Shown here in pieces: positions 1 through 13,154 of a stretch of 64,000 nucleotides of DNA; the stretch's first letter is position 1; every line of letters starts with the position of its first letter. Made by a program: the position numbers and the translations under genes. Under the pieces are notes generated by a model. The model did no database searches, had not been told where the DNA came from, and saw only the letters and a program-made list of their open reading frames with translations. Source of the stretch: Piscinibacter sp. Its GTDB lineage: Bacteria; Pseudomonadota; Gammaproteobacteria; Burkholderiales; Burkholderiaceae_C. The DNA lies in NCBI GenBank assembly GCA_047602365.1, contig JASGHM010000002.1:1631121-1695120 (forward strand), written 5' to 3'.

Positions 1-2
1 GG

Positions 3-818
3 GTGACCACCGGCATCTCCGCCGCCGACCGCTCACGCACCGTGCAGGCAGCGGTGGCGCGCAACGCGACGGCGGCCGACCTGGTGCAGCCGGGCCACAT
101 CTTCCCGCTGCAGGCGCAGGACGGCGGCGTGCTGATGCGCGCCGGGCACACCGAGGCCGGCTGCGACCTCGCCGGCATGGCCGGGCTGACGCCGGCCGCG
201 GTGATCTGCGAGGTCATGAAGGACGACGGCGAGATGGCCCGCCTGCCCGACCTGATCGAGTTCGCGCGCGAACACCACCTGAAGATCGGCACCATCGCCG
301 ACCTGATCGAGTACCGCAGCCGCAACGAATCGCTGATCGAACGCGCCGGCTCGCGCACGCTGCGCACCGCGCAGGGCGAGTTCGAGTGCAGCGCCTGGCG
401 CGATCGCACCGGCGGCCTGCACCTGGCCCTGGTGCATGGCCGCTGGACGCCGCAGGACGAGGTGCTTGTGCGCGTGCACGAGCCGCTGTCGGTGATGGAC
501 CTGCTCGACACCGGCACCTGCGGCCACTCGTGGCCGCTGCCCAAGGCGCTGGCGGCAATCCAGGCCTCGCCGCGCGGCGCGGCGCTGCTGCTGAACTGCG
601 GCGAGGACGTGGCCGCCCTGCTGCCGCAGGTCAACGGCCAGAAGCCCGACAGCGCCCCGGCACGCGGCCAGATGGACCTGCGCACCTACGGCGTCGGCGC
701 GCAGATCCTGCGCGAGCTCGGCGTCGCGAAGATGCGCCTGCTCGGCAGCCCGCGGCGCATGCCCAGCATGACCGGCTACGGGCTGGAAGTGACCGGCTTC
801 GTGTCGGCCCAGGAATGA
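3..818 (+). CDS. ribB: 3,4-dihydroxy-2-butanone 4-phosphate synthase fused to a degenerate GTP cyclohydrolase II-like domain (RibBX type); 5'-truncated by window edge
   Basis: TTGISAADR, PGHIFPL, RAGHTEA and ICE motifs of RibB. The C-terminal domain has DLRTYGVGAQILRELG but lacks the RibA Zn-binding Cys motif. Followed by ribH-nusB. Confidence 0.92.
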   Translation: MTTGISAADRSRTVQAAVARNATAADLVQPGHIFPLQAQDGGVLMRAGHTEAGCDLAGMAGLTPAAVICEVMKDDGEMARLPDLIEFAREHHLKIGTIADLIEYRSRNESLIERAGSRTLRTAQGEFECSAWRDRTGGLHLALVHGRWTPQDEVLVRVHEPLSVMDLLDTGTCGHSWPLPKALAAIQASPRGAALLLNCGEDVAALLPQVNGQKPDSAPARGQMDLRTYGVGAQILRELGVAKMRLLGSPRRMPSMTGYGLEVTGFVSAQE

Positions 819-842
819 AGAACCACTCGAAGAAAGACCGCC

Positions 843-1307
843 ATGCAGGACGCTGACAAGGGCGCCGCCGCCAGCCTCGAAGGCCAGGACCTGCGCATCG
901 GCATCGTGCAGGCGCGCTTCAACGCCGCGCTGACCGACAAGCTGGCCGAAAGCTGCGTCGCCGAGCTGAAGGCGCTGGGCGTCAACGAGCGGCACATCCG
1001 CCACGTCACCGTGCCCGGCGCGCTGGAGGTGCCGCTGGCGCTGGACGCGCTGGCCGAGAGCGACGACTATGACGCGCTGGTCGCACTGGGCTGCATCATC
1101 CGCGGCGAGACCTACCACTTCGAGCTGGTCGCCAACGAGAGCGGCGCCGGTGTCACGCGCGTCTCGCTGGATCATCACCTGCCGATCGCCAACGCCATCC
1201 TGACCGTCGAGAACGAGGCCCAGGCCTGGGCCCGCGCCGAGGAGAAGGGCCGCGACGCCGCCCGCGTGGCGGTGGAGATGGCCAACCTGCTGGAAGACCT
1301 GTCGTGA
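843..1307 (+). CDS. ribH: 6,7-dimethyl-8-ribityllumazine synthase
   Basis: [16 protein letters not shown] and IRGETYHF motifs; ribB-ribH-nusB synteny. Confidence 0.96.
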   Translation: MQDADKGAAASLEGQDLRIGIVQARFNAALTDKLAESCVAELKALGVNERHIRHVTVPGALEVPLALDALAESDDYDALVALGCIIRGETYHFELVANESGAGVTRVSLDHHLPIANAILTVENEAQAWARAEEKGRDAARVAVEMANLLEDLS

Positions 1308-1798
1308 CCGAGTCGCCGCCCAAGAAGAAACCCAAGCCGCGCGCGGCCGGCCCGCGTCCGCCGTCGGCGCGCCGGCGCTCGCGCGAGGCCGCGCTGCAGG
1401 GCCTGTACGAGTGGCTGATCGGCGGCGGCGAGCCCGGCGTGATCGACGCGCACATGCGCGAGCAGGACGGCTTCGGCGAGGTCGATGCCGCGCACTTCGA
1501 CGCGCTGCTGCACGGCTGCATCGCCGAGGCGGCCGACATCGACGCGCTGCTGTCGCGCCACGTCGACCGCAAGACCACCGAGCTGTCGCCGGTCGAACAC
1601 GGCGTGCTGATGATCGGCGCCTACGAGCTCAAGCACTGCATCGACGTGCCCTACAAGGTGGCGATCAACGAGGCCGTCGAACTGGCGAAGAACTTCGGCG
1701 GCACCGACGGCCACAAGTACGTCAACGGCGTGCTCGACAAGGCGGCCGCCGAACTGCGTCCGGTCGAGGTCCAGGCGGCACGCGCGACGCGGCGCTGA
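1304..1798 (+). CDS. nusB: transcription antitermination factor NusB
   Basis: [24 protein letters not shown] and YVNGVLDK; overlaps ribH stop. Confidence 0.96.
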   Translation: MTESPPKKKPKPRAAGPRPPSARRRSREAALQGLYEWLIGGGEPGVIDAHMREQDGFGEVDAAHFDALLHGCIAEAADIDALLSRHVDRKTTELSPVEHGVLMIGAYELKHCIDVPYKVAINEAVELAKNFGGTDGHKYVNGVLDKAAAELRPVEVQAARATRR

Positions 1799-1805
1799 GC
1801 AGGTC

Positions 1806-2984
1806 ATGCGCACCGCCTCGCGGCTCGATCACATCGAGCCCTTCTACGTGATGGAGTGCGCCAAGGCGGCCAGCGAGCTGGCGCGCTCGCCGGCCTGCCG
1901 GGACAGCCCGATGCTGTTCCTCAACATCGGCGAGCCCGACTTCACCGCACCGCCGCCGGTGCGCGAGGCGGCCGAGCGCGCGCTGCGCGACGGCCGCACG
2001 CAGTACACCCACGCAATCGGGCTGGACCGGCTGCGCGAACGCCTCAGCGGCTGGTACGCGCAGCGTTTCGGCCTGGACATCGCGCCCTCGCGCATCGTCG
2101 TCACCGCCGGCGCCTCGGCGGCGCTGCAGCTGGCCTGCCTGGCCCTCGTCGAGCGTGGCGACGAGGTGTTGATGCCCGACCCCAGTTACCCCTGCAACCG
2201 CCATTTCGTCGCCGCCGCCGACGGCGTGCCGGTGCTGCTGCCCTGCGGGCCGGAACAACGTTTCCAGCTCGACGCGGCCGGCGTCGAGGCGGCCTGGGGC
2301 GAGCGCACGCGCGGCGTGCTGCTGGCCTCGCCGTCCAACCCCACCGGCACCTCGATCGACCCGGCCGAGATGGGCCGCATCGTCGCCGCGGTGCGCCAGC
2401 GCGGCGGCTTCACGATCGTCGACGAGATCTACCTCGGCCTGAGCTACGACGAACGTTTCGGCCACAGCGCCCTGATGCACGGCGACGATGTCATCTCGAT
2501 CAACAGCTTTTCGAAGTACTTCTCGATGACCGGCTGGCGGCTCGGCTGGATGGTGCTGCCGGAAAGCCTGGTGCCGGCGGTCGAGAAGCTGGCGCAGAAC
2601 CTGTTCATCTGCGCGTCGACGCTGTCTCAGCATGCAGCGCTGGCCTGTTTCGAGCCCGACTCGATCGCCGAGTACGAACGCCGCCGCAGCGAGTTCAGGG
2701 CACGCCGCGACGTCGTCGTGCCGGCGCTGAACGCGCTCGGCCTGAGCGTGCCGGTGATGCCCGACGGCGCTTTCTACGCCTGGGCCGACTGCTCGGCGCA
2801 CGCAGCCAGCAGCTGGGACTTCGTCTTCGACGTGATGCGCCGCGCCCATGTCGCGCTGACGCCGGGCCGCGACTTCGGCCGCCATGGCACCGAGCGCTAC
2901 CTGCGGCTGTCCTACGCGAACTCGCTGGAACAGCTGGAAGAAGCGATGGCACGGCTGGCCCGGGTGCTCGTGGCGCGGGCGTGA
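1806..2984 (+). CDS. PLP-dependent class I/II aminotransferase
   Basis: SPSNPTG, DEIY and NSFSKYFSMTGWRLG (PLP lysine). Confidence 0.92.
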   Translation: MRTASRLDHIEPFYVMECAKAASELARSPACRDSPMLFLNIGEPDFTAPPPVREAAERALRDGRTQYTHAIGLDRLRERLSGWYAQRFGLDIAPSRIVVTAGASAALQLACLALVERGDEVLMPDPSYPCNRHFVAAADGVPVLLPCGPEQRFQLDAAGVEAAWGERTRGVLLASPSNPTGTSIDPAEMGRIVAAVRQRGGFTIVDEIYLGLSYDERFGHSALMHGDDVISINSFSKYFSMTGWRLGWMVLPESLVPAVEKLAQNLFICASTLSQHAALACFEPDSIAEYERRRSEFRARRDVVVPALNALGLSVPVMPDGAFYAWADCSAHAASSWDFVFDVMRRAHVALTPGRDFGRHGTERYLRLSYANSLEQLEEAMARLARVLVARA

Positions 2985-3033
2985 CGCCCGGCACGGCGGC
3001 AGGTCAAACTTTGGTGAGAAGCTGTTACGAATG

Positions 3034-3053
3034 ACGCCCGGATGGGCGTTTTT
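3034..3053 (+). terminator. possible intrinsic terminator after the aminotransferase
   Basis: ACGCCC-GGAT-GGGCGT hairpin followed by TTTT. Confidence 0.5.
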
Positions 3054-3091
3054 CACGGGCCGCATCGCGGTCGGTGCACTAAGCTGCCGCA

Positions 3092-4737
<1,646 letters not shown>

Positions 4738-4741
<4 letters not shown>

Positions 4742-5142
4742 GCCTTCGCATCGTCGCCCCCGCCCTCGCCGCCCTGCTCGCGCTGCTGACCGGTTGTGTG
4801 CAGCCGCCCGTCGCTGCAACGGCCGCGCCGGTCGGGCTGCTCGACGTGGCCGAGCGCCCCGCCGAGAAGGCCTTGCTGGCCGGCATGCGCGCCTACGACG
4901 ACGCCCAGTACCCGGCGGCCGAGAAGAGCCTGCTGGCCGCGCTGCAGGCCGGCCTGGCCTCGCCGCGCGACCGTGCCGCCGCGCACAAGCTGCTCGCCTT
5001 CATCTACTGCACCAGCAACCGCAGCGCCGACTGCGAGGCGCAGTTCCGCTCCGCACGCGCGGCCGACCCGGCCTTCGCGCTGTCCAAGTCCGAGGCCGGC
5101 CATCCGCTGTGGGGCCCGGTCTACCAGCGGGTGCAGCGATAA
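4738..5142 (+). CDS. small TPR-like lipoprotein (TssQ-like family)
   Basis: Lipobox LLTGC; helical AHKLLAFIYC...C...F..A and SEAGHPLWGPVY; ATGA overlap with the kinase. Confidence 0.75.
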
Positions 5143-5149
5143 TCCGGGC

Positions 5150-5587
5150 TTGGCCCGAACCGACACCCGAACCGACCCCGCCGCGCCGTTTCGCCACTCG
5201 CTGCGCGTGTACTGGGAGGACACCGACGCCGGCGGCGTGGTGTTCTACGCCAACTACCTGAAGTTCTTCGAGCGCGCGCGCACCGAATGGCTGCGCGGCC
5301 TCGGCTTCGGCCAGCAGCGCTTGCGAACCGACACAGGTGCGATCTTCGTCGTCGCCGATACTTCGGTGCGTTACCTGAGCCCGGCGCGGCTGGACGACCT
5401 GCTCGAGGTCACGGTGCAGCCGCAGGACATCGGCCGCGCCTCGATGGTCGTGCACCAGCAGGCCTGGCGCAACGACGCCGGCACGCCCGTGCTGCTGGCC
5501 GAAGGCAGCATCCGCATCGGCTGCGTCGATGCCGGAACTTTCACCCCCTGCCGCATTCCGAACCCCATTCTTCAGGCGCTGCGATGA
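5150..5587 (+). CDS. ybgC: Tol-Pal-associated acyl-CoA thioesterase
   Basis: RVYWEDTDAGGVVFYANYLKFFERARTEW; directly upstream of tolQ; TTG start is inferred. Confidence 0.92.
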   Translation: MARTDTRTDPAAPFRHSLRVYWEDTDAGGVVFYANYLKFFERARTEWLRGLGFGQQRLRTDTGAIFVVADTSVRYLSPARLDDLLEVTVQPQDIGRASMVVHQQAWRNDAGTPVLLAEGSIRIGCVDAGTFTPCRIPNPILQALR

Positions 5588-6309
5588 ACCAGGATCTCTC
5601 CATCTTCACCCTCGTCACGCAGGCCAGCTTCGTCGTGCAGCTGGTCATGGCCGGCCTGCTGATCGCCTCGCTGGCCAGCTGGACGGTGATCTTCGGCAAG
5701 CTGTTCGGCCTCAAGCGCGTGAACGGCGAGAACGAGGAGTTCGAGCGCGAGTTCTGGGCCGGCCGCAACCTCAACGAGCTGTACTCCGACGCCGCCAAGC
5801 GCACCGACGGCGCGCCGATGGAACGCATCTTCGCCTCCGGCATGCGCGAGTTCCTCAAGCTGCGCGAGAAGCGCGTGACCGACCCCGGTGCGCTGCTCGA
5901 CGGCGCGCGCCGTGCGATGCGCGCCAGCTTCCAGCGCGAGATCGACGCGGTGGAATCCAACCTCAGCTTCCTCGCCTCGGTCGGTTCGGTGTCGCCCTAT
6001 GTCGGCCTGTTCGGCACGGTGTGGGGGATCATGCATGCCTTCGTCGGCCTGTCGAACATGCAGCAGGTGACGCTGGCCACCGTCGCGCCGGGCATTGCCG
6101 AGGCGCTGGTGGCCACCGCGATCGGCCTGTTCGCGGCGATCCCGGCGGTGATCGCCTACAACCGCTTCGCGCGCCAGATCGACCGCATCGCGATGCAGCA
6201 GGAGACCTTCATCGAGGAGTTCTCCAACATCCTGCAGCGCAACACCGGTTCGCCGCCGCCGGCCGCCGCGCACGCGCACGCCAGCACCGGCTTCCAGCAC
6301 TCGCGCTGA
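5584..6309 (+). CDS. tolQ: Tol-Pal system protein TolQ
   Basis: SPYVGLFGTVWGIM and APGIAEALVATAIGLFAAIPAVIAYN. Confidence 0.95.
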   Translation: MNQDLSIFTLVTQASFVVQLVMAGLLIASLASWTVIFGKLFGLKRVNGENEEFEREFWAGRNLNELYSDAAKRTDGAPMERIFASGMREFLKLREKRVTDPGALLDGARRAMRASFQREIDAVESNLSFLASVGSVSPYVGLFGTVWGIMHAFVGLSNMQQVTLATVAPGIAEALVATAIGLFAAIPAVIAYNRFARQIDRIAMQQETFIEEFSNILQRNTGSPPPAAAHAHASTGFQHSR

Positions 6310-6321
6310 GCAGAGTTCGCC

Positions 6322-6747
<426 letters not shown>

Positions 6748-6754
6748 GCGACGC

Positions 6755-7580
6755 ATGACCCACGCGATCCTGACACGCGACGCGCTGATCCCGCGCAGCC
6801 CCGACGGCACCGGCCGCGGGCTGATGCTCGCGCTGGGCGTGCACGGGCTGCTGCTGGTCGCGATCGCCTTCGGCGTCAGCTGGCGCAGCAGCAACCCGGC
6901 GGGTGTCGAAGCCGAACTGTGGGCCGCGGTGCCGCAGATCGCCGCGCCGAAGCCGGTCGAGCCCGAACCGACGCCGCAGCCTAAGAAGGTCGAGCCGCCA
7001 CCGCCACCCAAGGTCGAGCCGACGCCGAAAGTGCCCGACGCGCAGATCGCCATCGAGAAGGCGAAGCGCGAGGAAGAGAAGCGCAAGGAAGAGGCCAAGC
7101 GCGAGGAACTGCAGCGCCAGAAGGACGAGGCGCAGCGCAAGCTGGCCGAGGCCGAGCAGAAGAAGAAGGAACAGGCCGAGAAGCAGAAGCGCGAGGCCGC
7201 CGAGGTCGCCGCAGCCGAGAAGCGCCGCCAGGACCAGATCGCGCGCATGGCGGCGCTGGCGGGCGACGGCGCGCCCAATTCGACCGGCACGGCCGCGAAG
7301 ACCGCTGGCCCTTCGGCCACCTATGCGGGCCGGATCAAGGCACGCATCCTCCCGAACATCGTCTTCAGCGACAGCGTCAGCGGCAACCCGCTGGCCACCG
7401 TCGAGGTCAAGGCCGCGCCGGACGGCACCATCATCGGCCGCCGCCTGCTCAAGAGCAGCGGCGTGCCGTCCTGGGACGAAGCGGTGCTGCGCGCGATCGA
7501 CAAGACCGAGATCCTGCCGCGCGACACCGACGGGCGGGTTCCCTTCCTCACTGGAGATCAGCTTCCGCCCGCACGAGTGA
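6755..7580 (+). CDS. tolA: TolA (apparent +1 T at 7544-7545; corrected C-terminus VPSSLEISFRPHE)
   Basis: N-terminal TM with His, Lys/Glu/Ala-rich helical stalk, and C-terminal SSGVPSWDEAVLRAI domain; follows tolR. Confidence 0.9.
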
Positions 7581-7596
7581 GCGCGTGAGTCCCCAA

Positions 7597-7627
7597 CGAA
7601 AACGCGGCGCCGAGGCGCCGCGTTTCG
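7597..7627. terminator. bidirectional intrinsic terminator between tolA and acs
   Basis: AAACGCGGCGC-CGAG-GCGCCGCGTTT, a perfect 11-bp stem between convergent genes. Confidence 0.8.
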
Positions 7628-7646
7628 CTTCAGACTGCAGCCTCGG

Positions 7647-9611
<1,965 letters not shown>

Positions 9612-9753
9612 GAAGTCTCCTCGATGGTGGTGGTTGCTTTGGCCCGGACATTAGGCAGACGCTCTTACGAAGGGCTGACGCCCCCGGCGAATGGTCATGC
9701 TACGCAGCCTAGAATCCTGCGCCAAACCCGGAACAACACCAAGCGAATCCCCC

Positions 9754-10359
9754 ATGGCCGCTCCCGACCATCCGTCGTCCATCTCGCCGCAGCGCCCGCT
9801 GCCGCGGCTGATCTTCGCCAGCCGCTGGCTGCAGCTGCCGCTGTACCTCGGCCTGATCCTGGCGCAGGCGGTCTACGTGTTCCACTTCTGGGTCGAATTG
9901 GTACACCTGATCGAGGCCGCGTTCGGCAACACCGGCGCGCTGGAGAAGCTGGTCTCGAGCATCGGCTACAAGAGCGACGTGGCGCCCACCGCGCTGAACG
10001 AGACCATCATCATGCTGGTGGTGCTGGCGCTGATCGACGTCGTCATGATCAGCAACCTGCTGATCATGGTGATCGTCGGCGGCTACGAGACCTTCGTGTC
10101 GCGGCTCGACCTCGAAGGCCACCCCGACCAGCCGGAATGGTTGAGCCACGTCAATGCCTCGGTGCTGAAGGTGAAGCTGGCCACCGCGATCATCGGCATC
10201 AGCTCGATCCACCTGCTGAAGACCTTCATCAACGCCGCCAACTACACCGACAAGGTGCTGCTGTGGCAGACGGTGATCCACATCGCCTTCCTGTTCTCGG
10301 CGCTGGCCATCGCGCTGGCCGACCGCGTGATGGTGCACGCGTCGGCCAAGGATCACTGA
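9754..10359 (+). CDS. UPF0114/YqhA (TIGR00645-like) membrane protein
   Basis: SRWLQLPLYLGL, GGYETFVSRL and LKVKLATAIIGISSIHLLKTF. Confidence 0.85.
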   Translation: MAAPDHPSSISPQRPLPRLIFASRWLQLPLYLGLILAQAVYVFHFWVELVHLIEAAFGNTGALEKLVSSIGYKSDVAPTALNETIIMLVVLALIDVVMISNLLIMVIVGGYETFVSRLDLEGHPDQPEWLSHVNASVLKVKLATAIIGISSIHLLKTFINAANYTDKVLLWQTVIHIAFLFSALAIALADRVMVHASAKDH

Positions 10360-11534
10360 GCCGACGGATCGCCCTTCGGCCCGGCCAGCAGCAGCGCCAC
10401 GCCCAGCAGCGCCGAGACCAGCGAGCCGCCCAGCACGCCGAGCTTGAGCTGGGTCTCGTAGGTCGGCCCCTGGCCCTCGAAGGCCAGGCCGCCGATGAAC
10501 AGGCTCATCGTGAAGCCGACGCCGCACAGCAGGCAGACCGCGAAGAACTGGCGGCCGCTGGCACCGGCCGGCAAGCTCGCGCCGGCCAGCCGAACGAGCA
10601 GCCACGAGGCGCAGAAGACCCCGACCGCCTTGCCGGCCACCAGACCGAGCGTGATGCCCAGCGGCACTGTCTCGGCGAGGGTCGCCACTGTCACACCCTG
10701 GAGCGACACGCCGGCATTGACGAAGGCGAAGGTGGGCAGCACCAGGAACGCCACCCAGGGGTGCAGCGCGTGCTCGGTGTCCTCGACCAGCGGGCTGCCG
10801 TCGGCGCGCCGCATCGGCACGGCGAAGGCGGTCAGCACGCCGGCCAGCGTGGCATGCACGCCCGACTTCAGCACGAACAGCCAGACCACCGCGCCGACCA
10901 GCACGTAGGGCACCAGGCTGGTCACGCGCGCGCGGTTGAGCACGAACAGCACGACAGCGCCGACACCCGCGCCCAGCAGCATCGTCGCCGACAGCTCGGC
11001 CGTGTAGAACAGCGCGATGACGACGATGGCACCGAGGTCGTCGATGATCGCCACTGCGGTCAGGAACACCTTCAGCGACGCCGGCACGCGCGAGCCGAGC
11101 AGCAGCAGGATGCCCAGCGCGAAGGCGATGTCGGTGGCGGTCGGGATGGCCCAGCCGCGCAGCGCGACCGCATCGCCCCAGTTCAGCGCAGCGTAGATCA
11201 GCGCCGGCACCACCATGCCGCCCAGCGCCGCGCCGGCCGGCAACAGCGCCTGCTTCAGCGAGGCCAGCTCACCTTCCAGCAACTCGCGCTTGATCTCCAG
11301 GCCGACGAGGAAGAAGAACACCGCCATCCACAGGTCGTTGACCCACAGCAGCAGCGGCTTGGCCAGCACCAGCGCGTCGCCGCCGATGCGCAGCTCGCCG
11401 CGCAGGTGAACGAAGGCGTCGTACCAGCCGCTGGCCGCCGAGTTGGCGATGATCAGGGCCGCCAGAGCCGCCACGCCCAGCACCACGCCGCCGGCCGATT
11501 CGGACTGGATGAAGCGTCGGATTCCCGTCAGCAA
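10353..11534 (-). CDS. nhaA: Na+/H+ antiporter NhaA
   Basis: VNDLWMAVFFFLVGLEIKRE, WAIPTATDIAFALG, AIIDDLGA and CGVGFTMSLFI; TTG start after GAGGG is inferred. Confidence 0.95.
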   Translation of the reverse strand: MLTGIRRFIQSESAGGVVLGVAALAALIIANSAASGWYDAFVHLRGELRIGGDALVLAKPLLLWVNDLWMAVFFFLVGLEIKRELLEGELASLKQALLPAGAALGGMVVPALIYAALNWGDAVALRGWAIPTATDIAFALGILLLLGSRVPASLKVFLTAVAIIDDLGAIVVIALFYTAELSATMLLGAGVGAVVLFVLNRARVTSLVPYVLVGAVVWLFVLKSGVHATLAGVLTAFAVPMRRADGSPLVEDTEHALHPWVAFLVLPTFAFVNAGVSLQGVTVATLAETVPLGITLGLVAGKAVGVFCASWLLVRLAGASLPAGASGRQFFAVCLLCGVGFTMSLFIGGLAFEGQGPTYETQLKLGVLGGSLVSALLGVALLLAGPKGDPSAQ

Positions 11535-11616
11535 GGCGATACCCTCGTTCAGTAAACTTGGCCGATTCTTCCCGAGACTTCGCCAGGACCGCCCATTTCC
11601 CTTCAGGATGCCCGTC

Positions 11617-13143
11617 ATGCCCACCACCATCCGCTACGCCGACCTGGTCGACAGCGTCGCCGCCGCGCTGCAGTACATCAGCTACTACCACCCGGCCGAC
11701 TACATCGAGCACCTGGCCCGTGCCTACGCCGGCGAGCAGAGCCCGGCGGCGAAGGACGCGATCGCGCAGATCCTGACCAACTCGAAGATGTGCGCCGAAG
11801 GCCACCGGCCGATCTGCCAGGACACCGGCATCGTCAACGTGTTCCTGAAGATCGGCATGGATGTGCGTTTCGAGGGCTTCCCCGGCAGCCTGGAGGACGC
11901 GGTCAACGACGGCGTGCGCCGCGGCTACCTCGATCCGGAGAACATGCTGCGCGCCTCGGTGCTCGGCGATCCGCTGTTCGACCGCAAGAACACGAAAGAC
12001 AACACGCCGGCGGTGATCCACATGAGCGTGGTGCCCGGGGCGACGCTCGACGTGACCGTGGCCGCCAAGGGCGGCGGCAGCGAGAACAAGAGCAAGTTCA
12101 TCATGATGAACCCGAGCGACAACCTGGTCGACTGGGTGCTGAAGACGGTGCCGACCATGGGCGCCGGCTGGTGCCCGCCGGGCATGCTGGGCATCGGCGT
12201 CGGCGGCACCGCCGAGAAGGCGATGCTGCTGGCCAAGGAAGTGCTGATGGAGCCGATCGACATGTTCGATCTGCTCAAGCGCGGGCCGAGCAGCAAGGTC
12301 GAGGAGCTGCGCATCGAGCTGTACGAGAAGGTCAACGCGCTGGGCATCGGCGCGCAGGGCCTGGGCGGCCTCACCACGGTGCTCGACGTGAAGATCGCCA
12401 CCTACCCGACGCACGCCGCCAGCAAGCCGGTGGCGATGATCCCGAACTGCGCCGCGACCCGCCACGCCCACGTGGTGCTCGACGGCTCCGGCCCGGCCTA
12501 CATGGACCCGCCCAGCCTCGACCTGTGGCCCGACGTGCACTGGCAGCCCGACTACAACAAGTCGAAGAAGGTCAACCTCGACACGCTGACGCGCGAGGAA
12601 GTCGCCAGCTGGAAGCCCGGCGACACGCTGCTGCTGTCGGGCAAGATGCTGACCGGCCGCGACGCCGCGCACAAGCGCATCCAGGACATGCTGGCCAAGG
12701 GCGAGAAGCTGCCCGTCGACTTCGCCAACCGCGTCATCTACTACGTCGGCCCGGTAGACCCGGTGCGCGACGAGGTGGTCGGCCCGGCCGGCCCGACCAC
12801 GGCCACGCGCATGGACAAGTTCACCGAGATGATGCTGGCGCAGACCGGCCTGATCTCGATGATCGGCAAGGCCGAGCGCGGCCCGGTGGCCATCGAGGCG
12901 ATCAAGAAGCACAAGAGCGCGTACCTGATGGCGGTCGGCGGTGCGGCCTACCTGGTCGCCAAGGCGATCAAGAAGTCCCAGGTCGTCGGCTTCGCCGACC
13001 TCGGCATGGAGGCGATCTACGAGTTCGAGATCGCCGACATGCCGGTGACGGTGGCCGTCGATGCCCAGGGCATCAGCGTGCACAACACCGGCCCGAAGGA
13101 GTGGCAGGCGAAGATCGGCAAGATCCCGGTCGCGGTGGCCTGA
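11617..13143 (+). CDS. class I (Fe-S) fumarate hydratase
   Basis: PICQDTG, KGGGSENKS, GWCPPG and GPAGPTTATRMD. Confidence 0.93.
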   Translation: MPTTIRYADLVDSVAAALQYISYYHPADYIEHLARAYAGEQSPAAKDAIAQILTNSKMCAEGHRPICQDTGIVNVFLKIGMDVRFEGFPGSLEDAVNDGVRRGYLDPENMLRASVLGDPLFDRKNTKDNTPAVIHMSVVPGATLDVTVAAKGGGSENKSKFIMMNPSDNLVDWVLKTVPTMGAGWCPPGMLGIGVGGTAEKAMLLAKEVLMEPIDMFDLLKRGPSSKVEELRIELYEKVNALGIGAQGLGGLTTVLDVKIATYPTHAASKPVAMIPNCAATRHAHVVLDGSGPAYMDPPSLDLWPDVHWQPDYNKSKKVNLDTLTREEVASWKPGDTLLLSGKMLTGRDAAHKRIQDMLAKGEKLPVDFANRVIYYVGPVDPVRDEVVGPAGPTTATRMDKFTEMMLAQTGLISMIGKAERGPVAIEAIKKHKSAYLMAVGGAAYLVAKAIKKSQVVGFADLGMEAIYEFEIADMPVTVAVDAQGISVHNTGPKEWQAKIGKIPVAVA

Positions 13144-13154
13144 CGGCCCGACGC

